From the NCBI GenBank assembly GCA_965204535.1, contig CBDBEV010000001.1:1184001-1248000 (forward strand): 64,000 nt of DNA. The letters are read 5' to 3'. Each line of letters opens with the position of its first letter. Position 1 is the first letter of the stretch. The position numbers were made by a program, and so were the translations under genes. Under the pieces are notes generated by a model, which ran no database searches, was not told the DNA's origin, and was given only the letters and a program-made list of their open reading frames with translations. Of the stretch, positions 1 to 9,536 are shown in pieces. This DNA is from a bacterium (GTDB lineage Bacteria; UBA8248).

Positions 1-9
1 CCCGTATCC

Positions 10-717
10 ATGATCGCGCTCTCGGTGCATCCTTCGATCAAATCGCTGATGGAGCCCGAGGCGAACCTGATGCTGCTTTTCCCGCTGATGATCGCCTCCC
101 AGCTTCTCTTGCGCATATTGCAGGTGTTCTTGTTCATTCTCCTGATAATGCGGGTTGAATCCGAGCGCACGGGCGATGGAGCTGTTTGGGACATCGCCGA
201 GGCCGTGAATCGCCTGAAAGCCGTCGCCAAGGTGGACTTGGCTTATACCTTTGGTTTGCAGTTGCTGGGCGTCATCGGGTTTGCGGCGTCGTTGTTCATA
301 TTCACTTTTATCTTCGGAGACTCACCCATCGGGCTTCCGTTCTCGTTCGCCGTCACGATTTTTCTCGTTCTCACGCCTGCGGTTCGGTATTATTTCTGCA
401 CCCTGACCGCATTGTTGTATGGGGATGACTTTGCCCAGGCATTCCGTCGCGCCGGGATGATATCGAGTGGAGGCGAGAGGACCATCGTTGTTCTGGCGAT
501 GGTCTATCTACTGGCCTGGTTCATACTCTGGCAGGTGATACAGGGGATATTCGGCGGAGGTCTCTTGGGGCAGGTCCTGTTGCAGACGGGGGTGATGGTG
601 ACTTCGATCTCGTACTATCTGGCGGGATATCTCTTGTTTTCGGATCTCTGCCAGGCGGCGAGCGAGAGGCGCATGGATGAAACGAAGGAAATTCCCGAAG
701 ACGCGGGCGACGCCTAG
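10..717 (+). CDS. Multi-pass membrane protein of unknown function, probably 5'-truncated by the window edge
   Basis: 235-aa ORF with about 6 hydrophobic segments; converges on the next gene with a 9-bp gap. Confidence 0.7.
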   Translation: MIALSVHPSIKSLMEPEANLMLLFPLMIASQLLLRILQVFLFILLIMRVESERTGDGAVWDIAEAVNRLKAVAKVDLAYTFGLQLLGVIGFAASLFIFTFIFGDSPIGLPFSFAVTIFLVLTPAVRYYFCTLTALLYGDDFAQAFRRAGMISSGGERTIVVLAMVYLLAWFILWQVIQGIFGGGLLGQVLLQTGVMVTSISYYLAGYLLFSDLCQAASERRMDETKEIPEDAGDA

Positions 718-726
718 CGCAAGTTT

Positions 727-1509
727 CTACAAGAGGACATCGAAACTCAGCCCGTCATAGGCGAGTTCGACTCCGCTGGGCAGGCTCCGGTTCGTTTCGT
801 AGTATTCCAGTTCGAAATTGGTGTGGGTGAAATACGTCTGCTCCGGTTTGAGTTCCTCGACGATTTCGAGCGCCTCGGCGACCGTGAAGTGTGAGGGATG
901 CTCCCGGTGGCGCAGGGCGTCCAGGATGAGGATGCGTACTCCTTTCAGGATTTCCATGGATTTTTCCGGAATGGCGTTGCAGTCGGTGGCGTAGGCGAAA
1001 TCCCCCACCCGCAAGCCCATTACTTTCATCCCGGCGTGTTCGAGTTCGAAGGGGATGACCTTCATGCCGGCCACCCCGAAAGGGGAATCTCCGATCTCCG
1101 CCAGCGTGAGTTGCGGCTTGAAACCGCTGTAGTCTTTCGCGTGATTGAAAATGTAGCTGAAATTCTGTCGGAGTATCTTCACCGTATTGGGATAGGCGTA
1201 ACAGGGGATCGGTTTTCCCATCAGGAAATTAAAGGCGCGCAAGTCGTCGATGCCGTGCGTATGGTCCGCGTGATAGTGCGTGTAGACCACGGCGTCCACA
1301 CGGGCGATCTTGTGTCTGAGGGCCTGCTCGCGCAGATCGGGGCCCGTATCAACCAGCAGGTTTCGCCCATTGTGCTCGATGACGATGCTCGGACGCAGCC
1401 GCTTGTTCCTGGGGTCATCCGAAAGACACGCGGCGGTAGTGCACCCGATGGAAGGAACGCCGGTGGAAGTACCGCAGCCGAGAACGGTGACCCGAGCGCT
1501 CGAGTTCAT
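727..1509 (-). CDS. Metallo-beta-lactamase-fold hydrolase, PhnP-like
   Basis: N-terminal LGCGTSTGVP, THYHADHTHG (HxHxDH) motif, YATD, and C-terminal HPSH / LAYDGL. Confidence 0.9.
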   Translation of the reverse strand: MNSSARVTVLGCGTSTGVPSIGCTTAACLSDDPRNKRLRPSIVIEHNGRNLLVDTGPDLREQALRHKIARVDAVVYTHYHADHTHGIDDLRAFNFLMGKPIPCYAYPNTVKILRQNFSYIFNHAKDYSGFKPQLTLAEIGDSPFGVAGMKVIPFELEHAGMKVMGLRVGDFAYATDCNAIPEKSMEILKGVRILILDALRHREHPSHFTVAEALEIVEELKPEQTYFTHTNFELEYYETNRSLPSGVELAYDGLSFDVLL

Positions 1510-2540
1510 CTCACCGAATCCGCCAGAACCTGAGCGGCGGTTTCCACGTCTTTCCTCGAGACGTCCAGGTGGGTGACGGCGCGGAGCATCTTCGAGTTCG
1601 GAACGGAGAAGGCGACGCTTTTTTCCATCATCGACTCGTTGATTTGGTGCGCTGTTTTGCCGCTTTCCGAGACATCCAGGAACACGAGGTTGGTGGGCGT
1701 GGTGTCATGGACGGGTCGAACGCCCGGAACCCCGGCGGTGAGCTCCGAGAAAAGCTGGGCGTTGGCGTGGTCGTCCGCCAGGCGCTCTACATGATGCTCC
1801 AGGGCGTAGAGCCCCGCAGCGGCGAGAACCCCCGCCTGACGCCAGCCGCCGCCCCACATTTTCCAGTAGCGGCGCGCTTCCTGAATGAACGCTTCTTTCC
1901 CTAGCAGGATGGAGCCTACCGGGCAGCCCAATCCCTTGGAGAAGCAAAAGCATATCGAATCGCAGCGCTTTGCCCATTCTTTTGGGGGGATGCCGGAGGC
2001 GACGATGGCGTTGAAAATGCGGGCGCCGTCGATGTGAAGGGGTATATTCTGCTCTTTCGAAAAAGCGCGTAGCTCGTCAAGTTTTTCGAGGGGGAACACG
2101 TGGCCGCCGCCCTGGTTGTGCGTGTTTTCCGCCCAGAGCAGAGCGCTTTTCGGGTACCCGCTCTTGGGGCGAAGCCATTTCTCGGCGTCTTCGCGGGCGT
2201 ATACACCGCGTTTCGCCGAGATCAGGGCGAATTGAACCCCCGATAAGAATGGTCCCGCGCCCAGTTCGTTCCGAAAGGGGTGGCAATGGGAATCGGCGAT
2301 GATCTCATCGCCCGGGTTCGTGTGGACCTTGATGGCCAGTTGATTGGCCAGCGTGCCCGATGACACGTAAAGGCCGTCTTCCTTGCCGAAGAGAGACGTC
2401 GCCTTTTCGATGAGCTCGTTGACGCTCGGGTCTTCTCTGAGCGTCTCATCGCCCACCTGTGCCTCGGCGATGGCTTGGCGCATCGCTTTCGTGGGGCGCG
2501 TTGCGGTGTCGCTTCTCATGTCGATGAAATGACGGGACAA
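1506..2540 (-). CDS. ltaE: Low-specificity L-threonine aldolase (PLP-dependent)
   Basis: DMRSDT, EDPSV, SGTLANQ, ENTHN, HIDGARIFNA, FSKGLGCPVGS (PLP lysine), GGGWRQAG; 4-bp overlap with the downstream gene. Confidence 0.9.
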   Translation of the reverse strand: MSRHFIDMRSDTATRPTKAMRQAIAEAQVGDETLREDPSVNELIEKATSLFGKEDGLYVSSGTLANQLAIKVHTNPGDEIIADSHCHPFRNELGAGPFLSGVQFALISAKRGVYAREDAEKWLRPKSGYPKSALLWAENTHNQGGGHVFPLEKLDELRAFSKEQNIPLHIDGARIFNAIVASGIPPKEWAKRCDSICFCFSKGLGCPVGSILLGKEAFIQEARRYWKMWGGGWRQAGVLAAAGLYALEHHVERLADDHANAQLFSELTAGVPGVRPVHDTTPTNLVFLDVSESGKTAHQINESMMEKSVAFSVPNSKMLRAVTHLDVSRKDVETAAQVLADSVR

Positions 2541-2716
2541 AGAATAACCCTCCCGGCTTCCGGCCCCCGTCTCCGGGAATCGGGTTTAAGCACTCGGCTT
2601 GTTGTAATCTACTTGGTGGAGAATATATTTGCATAATCGCAAGTGATTTGCCAAATTATCGCCCTGTCATTTTTGGGCTTTCACAATCCTCAAGCACGCC
2701 GAGAGATTACACGGAT

Positions 2717-3850
2717 ATGCGAAATACCGGTGGAAATCCTGTCTTCGAGGATGATTTTCTCAGGCGCGCGAGGTCGTACCAGATGCGCCGCCTGTATGTA
2801 GGATTAACGTCCTCCGCTCTGGAATGCGGCGTCTTGCTCGCGTTTTTGTTCTGGTATCTGGGTGCAGGGGCCGGGAAGCCTGCAGGCGGCGCGTTCGTGA
2901 GCGGATTCGCTATTTTCTTCTTCATTGCTATCTCGAAAACGCTGGTCTCCTTGCCCTTTGATTTCTACGGCGGCTACGTGCTCTCCCACCGGGAAAATCT
3001 ATCGAACCAATCGCTGGCCGGTTGGATATGGGACAGATGCAAGGGATTGGCGCTTCTGTTGTTGTTGGGCGGGTCGGCCAGCGGTGTTTTTTTGATGATC
3101 ATGACCGTTTGGCCGGCCGATTGGTGGTGGATAGCCGCGCTTGCTTCGGTTTTGTTGGTGGTTTTCATCTCCCTCATCGCTCCCGTACTGCTCGCGCCCA
3201 TCTTCTTCCGCTTCAAGCCCCTGGAGGATGAGGGCTTAAGAGAGCGACTCCTCGCCTTGCTGGAGAGAACGAAGGCGAGAGTGTACGGCGGGGTGTGGGA
3301 AATGGATATGAGTTCCAAGAGCAAGACGGCGAACGCCGCCCTTGTCGGCTGGGGGCCGTCCCGGCGGGTGGTGCTCTCCGATACCCTGCTTGATTTTACG
3401 CCCGATGAGATCGAGGCGATCCTCGCCCATGAAATCGCGCATCACGTGGGTCGTCACATCCCGGCCCTCATCGCGATGAAAAGCGCTATGCTGGTCTTCG
3501 GGGTGTATTTCTCGCACTACGCGATGGAATGGCTGGGGGATTGGGTGGACCCCGCTCTGGTGCAGCCTGGAGAGCCCGCTTGCGTCGTGGTTTTGTGGGT
3601 CGCTCTGAGTCTCCTGGGAGCGGTCGTATCTCCTGTGTTTCTCGTGATTTCGCGCGCTTTTGAGTACCGCTGCGATCGCTATTCCACCGAATACGCCGAG
3701 GCGAGGGGCGGTTTGTCTTCCGCCCTCGTCAAATTGTGCAAACAAAACCTGACGGACCCCGACCCGCCCGGCTGGGTGGTCGCTCTCTTTCATTCGCACC
3801 CCTCGGTTTACAACCGCTTGGCCAGCATCGAATCCTGGGAGAAAGCCTAG
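2717..3850 (+). CDS. M48 family (Ste24/CAAX-type) membrane zinc metalloprotease
   Basis: ANAALVG, HEIAH (HExxH), EYRCD, HSHP motifs and N-terminal TM helices. Start uncertain (ORF open from 2648). Confidence 0.88.
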   Translation: MRNTGGNPVFEDDFLRRARSYQMRRLYVGLTSSALECGVLLAFLFWYLGAGAGKPAGGAFVSGFAIFFFIAISKTLVSLPFDFYGGYVLSHRENLSNQSLAGWIWDRCKGLALLLLLGGSASGVFLMIMTVWPADWWWIAALASVLLVVFISLIAPVLLAPIFFRFKPLEDEGLRERLLALLERTKARVYGGVWEMDMSSKSKTANAALVGWGPSRRVVLSDTLLDFTPDEIEAILAHEIAHHVGRHIPALIAMKSAMLVFGVYFSHYAMEWLGDWVDPALVQPGEPACVVVLWVALSLLGAVVSPVFLVISRAFEYRCDRYSTEYAEARGGLSSALVKLCKQNLTDPDPPGWVVALFHSHPSVYNRLASIESWEKA

Positions 3851-3863
3851 GCGAGCTTTCGGG

Positions 3864-4730
3864 TTAGCGCGGTTGGTGTGTTTTCCTGATGAAGGGGATG
3901 ACCCACTTCGCGATGTTCGGATGCGTGAGTGATTCGAGCGGACCCTGGTTTTTTATTCTCTGCAGTTTCGCACTCCCTCCTTTTCCTTGGATGGCTCTTA
4001 GAAAAGCCTCGGCGCCGCCGAGCGGGTAGGGTCCTCCCTGGCTGTGGAGAAGCAATACCGGGGTCTTAATCCTTCCCGCCACACGGATGGGGGAGCGCAC
4101 TCGATATGCTTCCTGATTTGGAGTGGACATACCGCCGAGTAGCGCGCGTATTCTGTTCTTCCGTTTTTGGGGTAAGAACGCGTAGGCTTTCTCCAGGTCA
4201 TAAAATCCGTTCTCAAGAATGAGACCCGAAATGTTCGCGCTTCTCGCAGCCGCGAGGGCGGCGGTAGAAGCGCCTTGTCCGATCCCGTAGACGAAAACGC
4301 CGTCTTTTCTGGCGTTCTCCCTGGTACTTAGATAACGAACCGCGCCCAGGGCGGCCTCCACGCTTCTGTATCCTGCGAAATCTTCCGGCCCGGTGGATGC
4401 GCCGAAGCCGGGCAGCGAGATGCTCATCAGGATGAGACCGTCGCGTACGTGAGCCAGCATGGCTCGTCTGAATCGTTGGGCGCGGGCGTCCGCACCGTGT
4501 AAGAGGAGAATTGCCGGATGGCGTACTTGTGGAGAATGTCCTCTGGCAGGTGGCCATACAGCATAAGCCTCCACGCGCCCCCAGGGAAATTCCATAAACC
4601 ATTCCCGTATTACATCGCCCCGGGTTGTTTTCGTCTCATGGTCCGCAACGCATCCGGCGAGTAAAAATGTTGAAACGAGGAGAAAAAATACGCCGTGAAG
4701 GATATCTTTCGAGATATTTTTCAAGCTCAC
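3864..4730 (-). CDS. Alpha/beta-hydrolase-fold lipoprotein (S9-like), catalytic Ser apparently absent
   Basis: Lipobox LAGC; LLLHG, LPGFGAS, RSPI, TPVLLLHS; nucleophile elbow reads GIGQG. Confidence 0.75.
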   Translation of the reverse strand: MSLKNISKDILHGVFFLLVSTFLLAGCVADHETKTTRGDVIREWFMEFPWGRVEAYAVWPPARGHSPQVRHPAILLLHGADARAQRFRRAMLAHVRDGLILMSISLPGFGASTGPEDFAGYRSVEAALGAVRYLSTRENARKDGVFVYGIGQGASTAALAAARSANISGLILENGFYDLEKAYAFLPQKRKNRIRALLGGMSTPNQEAYRVRSPIRVAGRIKTPVLLLHSQGGPYPLGGAEAFLRAIQGKGGSAKLQRIKNQGPLESLTHPNIAKWVIPFIRKTHQPR

Positions 4731-4862
4731 AGCCGATCCTTTTCACCATTTCACAAGTTGTGGACCTGGATTTACGTCCATCAGGGATGAATGGAAAACA
4801 TAAAAAATAACATCTTAACATACTGAAAAGGTGGCGCTAGACACATCAAAAAGAAAAAAGGG

Positions 4863-4891
4863 TTGCACTTTTCATTCTTTCGTATTATATT
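4863..4891 (+). promoter_or_regulatory. Sigma70-like promoter TTGCAC-N17-TATATT
   Basis: Near-consensus -35/-10 in an AT-rich intergenic region upstream of the small ORF at 5049. Confidence 0.5.
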
Positions 4892-5048
4892 CGCTATATT
4901 GGAGGGCAGAAAAATTCTCCATATCGCAACAATTTTTTAACATGATTTTCACACAAAATGTAGTGCAAAAATGTAAGAGAGGCACTATATATAGATTATT
5001 GAACCATTCTCCCCCAAATCGGAGGAGAAGCAGGAAAGGAGGCCCGTC

Positions 5049-5270
5049 ATGGCGATAACAACTCAAAGACCCGGATACAAGACTCATGGGACGAGCCAGA
5101 CCTCGAAGCGCATTCATCAAGCCTGCATGCGGAATCTCGCCCTCTATTTGCAAGGCCATATCTCTTATGAGGATTGGCGAAGCAGACAAGAGGAACTCGA
5201 ATCGAGACTTACGCCCGCGCCCGAACTTCCATTCGAAGCATTGGAGCCCAAAACCCCCGAGGCCGCCTGA
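5049..5270 (+). CDS. Small hypothetical protein (73 aa)
   Basis: Strong SD (AAGGAGG) about 6 nt before the ATG and a candidate promoter upstream; no family recognised. Confidence 0.5.
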   Translation: MAITTQRPGYKTHGTSQTSKRIHQACMRNLALYLQGHISYEDWRSRQEELESRLTPAPELPFEALEPKTPEAA

Positions 5271-5512
5271 TTCCCTCCCTCGCCTGGGCGCAACGGTCCA
5301 GGCAAGCGCATCGCTTCTCCCTGATGCGCTTACGCCGCTTTCTCCGCTCGGTCCTGCGATTAGCGGGGCATCGCCCGTAGGCGGCATGAGGGATGGGGAG
5401 AATCAGGAAAACAATCGTCTTTGCCCATGTTTTCCGAACCATGGAGAGAAATCGCGTTCTCATCATGCGAGTGGCATAGCGCAAACGTTTGTAAATCTTT
5501 ATTTTTTACCTC

Positions 5513-5541
5513 TTGCGCTTTTTCGAGGTTGCTGATAGGGT
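5513..5541 (+). promoter_or_regulatory. Candidate cspA promoter (TTGCGC-N17-TAGGGT, TG extension) implying a 5' UTR of about 130 nt
   Basis: Spacing and position; long leaders are typical of csp genes. Confidence 0.4.
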
Positions 5542-5674
5542 TCGGCGTCTTTTCCCACAACAGGTGTGGGTAAAAGGTTTGTGGGTATGCAAGACGAATG
5601 AAGATTCCCTTCCGAGAGACGCTCCATTCATCATTACATCCCCAAAGTTCAATCTCTTTTTTATGAGGAAGTGT

Positions 5675-5878
5675 ATGTCAACAGGTACAGTGAAGTGGTT
5701 CAACGATGCGAAAGGGTATGGTTTCATCACGCCCGAGGACGGTGGTGAGGATCTGTTCGTTCATCACTCGGCCATCCAGGCGGAGGGGTTCAAATCCTTG
5801 AGCGAAGACGATCAGGTTTCGTTCGAAGTCGCCCAGGGTCCCAAGGGTCTTCAGGCGCAAAACGTCGTCAAGCTCTAG
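5675..5878 (+). CDS. cspA: Cold-shock protein (67 aa)
   Basis: [18 protein letters not shown] (RNP1), LFVHHSAI (RNP2), GPKGLQA; GAGG SD before ATG 5675. Confidence 0.96.
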   Translation: MSTGTVKWFNDAKGYGFITPEDGGEDLFVHHSAIQAEGFKSLSEDDQVSFEVAQGPKGLQAQNVVKL

Positions 5879-5898
5879 CGCATCAATCGGCGCTTCAT

Positions 5899-5933
5899 AA
5901 AAGTGGTGGCCGGTTTCCGGCCACCACTTTTTT
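5899..5933 (+). terminator. Intrinsic terminator, probably bidirectional
   Basis: AAAAGTGGTGGCCGG-TTT-CCGGCCACCACTTTT perfect hairpin with a U-tract just after cspA. Confidence 0.9.
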
Positions 5934-6006
5934 CGTCTCGGACTTTCCCATCTTCTCTCTCCCAAGGTAATCTGCGCCTCAGTTTTCTCGAACAGAGGAT
6001 TTTCTG

Positions 6007-8046
6007 ATGAAGCGTCCCGCGCTTGAGATGAGAAGAAACATCGGCATCATCTCCCACATCGACGCCGGAAAGACGACGACCACCGAGCGCATGCTGTTCT
6101 GCTCGGGGGCCGTGCACCGGATCGGCGAAGTGGACGAGGGTTCGGCCACAATGGACTGGATGGCCCAGGAGCGCGAGCGCGGCATCACCATCACCTCGGC
6201 AGCCATCACCACCACCTGGGCGGATCATGAGATCACCATCATCGATACCCCCGGCCACGTGGATTTCACCATCGAGGTGGAAAGAAGCCTGCGCGTGCTT
6301 GATGGTGCCATCGCGATTTTCAGTGCGGTGGAAGGCGTCGAGCCGCAGAGCGAGGCCGTTTGGCGGCAGGCGGACAAGTTCGGCGTGCCCCGGCTCGCCT
6401 TCATCAACAAGCTGGATCGACTGGGTGCGGATTTCGAGCGAACCGTCGAGATGATGGTCGAAAAATTAGGGGCCAGACCCGTGCTCATGCACTGGCCAGA
6501 CGGAGAGGGTGAGGATTATACGGGTCAGGTGGAAGTTCTGAGCGGGGATTTTCTCACTTGGGAAGGAGGAGAACCCCATCGGAGCGGGCTAAGCGGTGTG
6601 CTCAAGGAAAGAGCGCAGGAGTTGAGGGAAGCTCTCATCGAAGCCGTGGCGGATCACGACGAGTCGGTCATGGAGGCGTATCTGGAAGGAAGCGCCATTG
6701 ATGCCGAAGCACTCAAGGCAGGCTTGCGGCGCGCCGTGCTCGCAGGCGAACTCGTGCCTGTTTTTTGCGGCTCATCCCTGAAGAACAAAGGGGTGCAACC
6801 CCTGCTGGACGCCGTGGTGGATTATCTGCCCTCTCCGGTGGACGCGCCGCCCGCAAGCGGTTTCGCTCCGGATGAGGACGAGCCCATCACGCGTTCTCCC
6901 CTGGAGGATGCGCCTTTTTCGGCCTTGGTCTTCAAGGTGCAAATCGATGGGGGGAGACGGCTCACCTACCTGCGGGTGTATAGCGGCGCGGCCAAGGTGG
7001 GCGAAAGCTTGTGGAATCCAGCAAGAGGAGATGGTGAGCGCTTCGCCCGGCTTTTCAGGATGTATTCCCACAAGCGCGAGCGCATCGACGCCGTGGGGCC
7101 GGGCGACATCGTCGCGGCGGCCGGCCTGAAGGAAGCGGTTACGGGCGACACCCTCTGTGATCGCAAAGAGCCGATAGCCTTCGAGTCGATTCGCGCGCCC
7201 CAGCCCGTCATCTCGGTCGCGATTGAACCCAGGGATGCCACCGGGACCAAAAAGCTGAGCGAGACTCTGGCGAAACTCCAGGCGGAAGACCCGACGTTTC
7301 AGGTGCGGGTGGATTCCGAATCGGGTCAGACGGTGATGAGCGGCATGGGCGAGCTTCATCTGGAGGTGCTCACGCGCCGGATAGACGAGGATTTCGGCGT
7401 GAACGTGCGGGTCGGCGCACCCCGCGTGGTCTACCGCGAGACGCTTGCGAAAGAAGCCGAAGCGGAGTCCATCTTCGACAGGGAATTGGCCGGCGAGTCC
7501 CAGTTCGCACGGGTGCGCGTGGGAGTGGCGCCCCGGCCCGGCGGAGGCGTCTCGTGCGAGAGCACGGTGGACGACACGGCTGTTCCTGACAATTTGATTG
7601 CCGCCGCGCTGGAATCGCTTCGAGCGTCAACTTCGAGCGGCGCCATGGCGGGCTATGAGATGACGGACGTGGGTGTCACTTTGATCGAGGCGGATTTCGA
7701 CGCCGAGCGCGCGACGGAAGCTGCTTTTTCCATCGCAGCGGCGAACGCGTTCACGGAAGCCTGCCGCTCGGCGGGCGGACAGCTTCTGGAGCCCGTCATG
7801 TCGGTGGAGGTCGTGACGCCCGGTGAATTTCTGGGCGCGATCATCGGCGACATCAATGCGCGCGACGGAAAAGTCTCCGGCGTCGATGAACGCGGCGGAG
7901 CAGCGGCTGTAAGCGTCGTGTGCGCCTCGGTGCCTCTCGCCAAGGTGTTCGGCTACGCCACCTCCCTTCGCTCCGCCACACAGGGCCGCGCCACCTACAC
8001 CATGCACTTTTCGCACTACGCCCCCTGTGAGATGGCGGGGGTGTAA
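6007..8046 (+). CDS. fusA: Elongation factor G paralog (stand-alone, outside the str operon)
   Basis: SHIDAGKTTT, RGITI, DTPGHVDF, NKLD, GMGELHLE, LLEPVMSVEV, LRSATQGRA; domain IV diverged. Confidence 0.9.
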   Translation: MKRPALEMRRNIGIISHIDAGKTTTTERMLFCSGAVHRIGEVDEGSATMDWMAQERERGITITSAAITTTWADHEITIIDTPGHVDFTIEVERSLRVLDGAIAIFSAVEGVEPQSEAVWRQADKFGVPRLAFINKLDRLGADFERTVEMMVEKLGARPVLMHWPDGEGEDYTGQVEVLSGDFLTWEGGEPHRSGLSGVLKERAQELREALIEAVADHDESVMEAYLEGSAIDAEALKAGLRRAVLAGELVPVFCGSSLKNKGVQPLLDAVVDYLPSPVDAPPASGFAPDEDEPITRSPLEDAPFSALVFKVQIDGGRRLTYLRVYSGAAKVGESLWNPARGDGERFARLFRMYSHKRERIDAVGPGDIVAAAGLKEAVTGDTLCDRKEPIAFESIRAPQPVISVAIEPRDATGTKKLSETLAKLQAEDPTFQVRVDSESGQTVMSGMGELHLEVLTRRIDEDFGVNVRVGAPRVVYRETLAKEAEAESIFDRELAGESQFARVRVGVAPRPGGGVSCESTVDDTAVPDNLIAAALESLRASTSSGAMAGYEMTDVGVTLIEADFDAERATEAAFSIAAANAFTEACRSAGGQLLEPVMSVEVVTPGEFLGAIIGDINARDGKVSGVDERGGAAAVSVVCASVPLAKVFGYATSLRSATQGRATYTMHFSHYAPCEMAGV

Positions 8047-8092
8047 ATTTTTCACCTCACTGTTTTCGTATTGGTGTGAAGGCGTATTCTGA

Positions 8093-8974
8093 ATGACCAC
8101 CACCACCCTCTCTGTTCTTTTCTCGCTTTCAACGGCGCTCGTGGTCGGCTCCTTCACCCTTTTCGTGAGAAGCGGGCAGCGGCACGCGAACGCGGTATCG
8201 GGCGTACTCATCGGGCTCATCGTATCCATGCCGCCGCTGCTCGTGGGCGCTATATGGACGTGGGAGCCCGCCCACTACCAGCCTCTGGGCTGGTTGTTCT
8301 TCGCGCTGGCCGGTATCGCGGGACCCGCCGTGGGAAGGGTGTGTTTCTTCCATTCGATTCATTTGATGGGCGTGGCGCGCGCAGTGCCGCTCAACTCCAC
8401 CATGCCGCTTTTCTCGGCGATCATAGGTGTCTATGTCTTGGGCGAGAGGCCGGGGCCGTACATTCTGGCGGGTACGGTGCTCATCGTTTTGGGATGTATG
8501 GGGATTACGGCGAAAAGGGGAGGGACTCAGCCCACCCGCGGAAGCTACCTGCTTATTGCACTCGGAAGCGTGGTTTTCTTCTCCGTCTCGCACATGCTTC
8601 GAAAACTTGGCGTAGGTTCAACGCCCAATCCGTATCTGGGCATATCGCTAATGAGCGTCTCTGGAGGTGTCTTCCTCTATGTCTTTGGGCAGTACCTGCC
8701 GCCTGCCTTAAGGCCCTCCTTGATGGTAAAAAAAGCATGGGTGGCGTACAGCATCGGCGGTTTGCTGAATACTCTTTCGGTTCTCCTGCATCTCTACGGA
8801 CTTCGTTACGGAGACCTCACCATCGTGATTCCGCTCGCCGCCACCGCGCCTTTGTGGGCGCTGCTTCTTACGGCCATATTCATGCGCAAACTCGAGCGCA
8901 TCACCTGGCCGATTCTACTGGGTACGGTGGCGGTGGTCGTGGGCGGTGCGCTCGTGGCAGGCCGCGCACTCTGA
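8093..8974 (+). CDS. DMT/EamA family transporter
   Basis: 293 aa, about 10 TM segments in two repeats, LGERP motif. Confidence 0.85.
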   Translation: MTTTTLSVLFSLSTALVVGSFTLFVRSGQRHANAVSGVLIGLIVSMPPLLVGAIWTWEPAHYQPLGWLFFALAGIAGPAVGRVCFFHSIHLMGVARAVPLNSTMPLFSAIIGVYVLGERPGPYILAGTVLIVLGCMGITAKRGGTQPTRGSYLLIALGSVVFFSVSHMLRKLGVGSTPNPYLGISLMSVSGGVFLYVFGQYLPPALRPSLMVKKAWVAYSIGGLLNTLSVLLHLYGLRYGDLTIVIPLAATAPLWALLLTAIFMRKLERITWPILLGTVAVVVGGALVAGRAL

Positions 8975-9109
8975 CGAGGCGGGGTTCGGTCTGTTCTGGT
9001 ATAGTGAGGCAGGTCACGGATTTTTACTTCGCGCGTCGCCAATCTATCATTTCACCAGGCAGGCAAAGAAGGTTCATCCTTGCCAAGTTTGTATAGGAGA
9101 GAAGTGGAT

Positions 9110-9523
9110 ATGAAATTCATTCACACTTTTTTTTGTGCTATTGCGCTAATCGCTCTTTTGGGAGCAATGCCAGCCTTGGGTGCGAATAAAGGTATGGGGA
9201 AATCTACGATGAAAGGCGCGGCGAAGGGCGGCATCACGCTCAAAATCGCCGGTGGGAAGATTGAAGGCAACAAAAAAGTGGTTCGCGTGAAACAAGGCGA
9301 TGAAGTCAAGTTGAATCTGATGGCCGACAAAACCACCGAAGTCCATCTACACGGCTACGACATCGAAAAAACCGTCTCCCCTGGCCGGGTGGCCGTGATG
9401 GCGTTTCGGGCCAAGGTGGCGGGCCGGTTTCCCGTAACGGAGCATGGCTCTCATTCCCACGGGCAGAAAAAAAGCGGGGGTCATTCCGAAAAGGTGCTCT
9501 TCTACCTGGAGGTGCATCCGTGA
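9110..9523 (+). CDS. Secreted cupredoxin-like, His-rich protein
   Basis: Signal peptide, VKQGDEVKL, EVHLHGYD, AGRFPV, HGSHSH; GGAG SD upstream of ATG 9110. Confidence 0.75.
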   Translation: MKFIHTFFCAIALIALLGAMPALGANKGMGKSTMKGAAKGGITLKIAGGKIEGNKKVVRVKQGDEVKLNLMADKTTEVHLHGYDIEKTVSPGRVAVMAFRAKVAGRFPVTEHGSHSHGQKKSGGHSEKVLFYLEVHP

Positions 9524-9536
9524 CGAGGACAATCCT

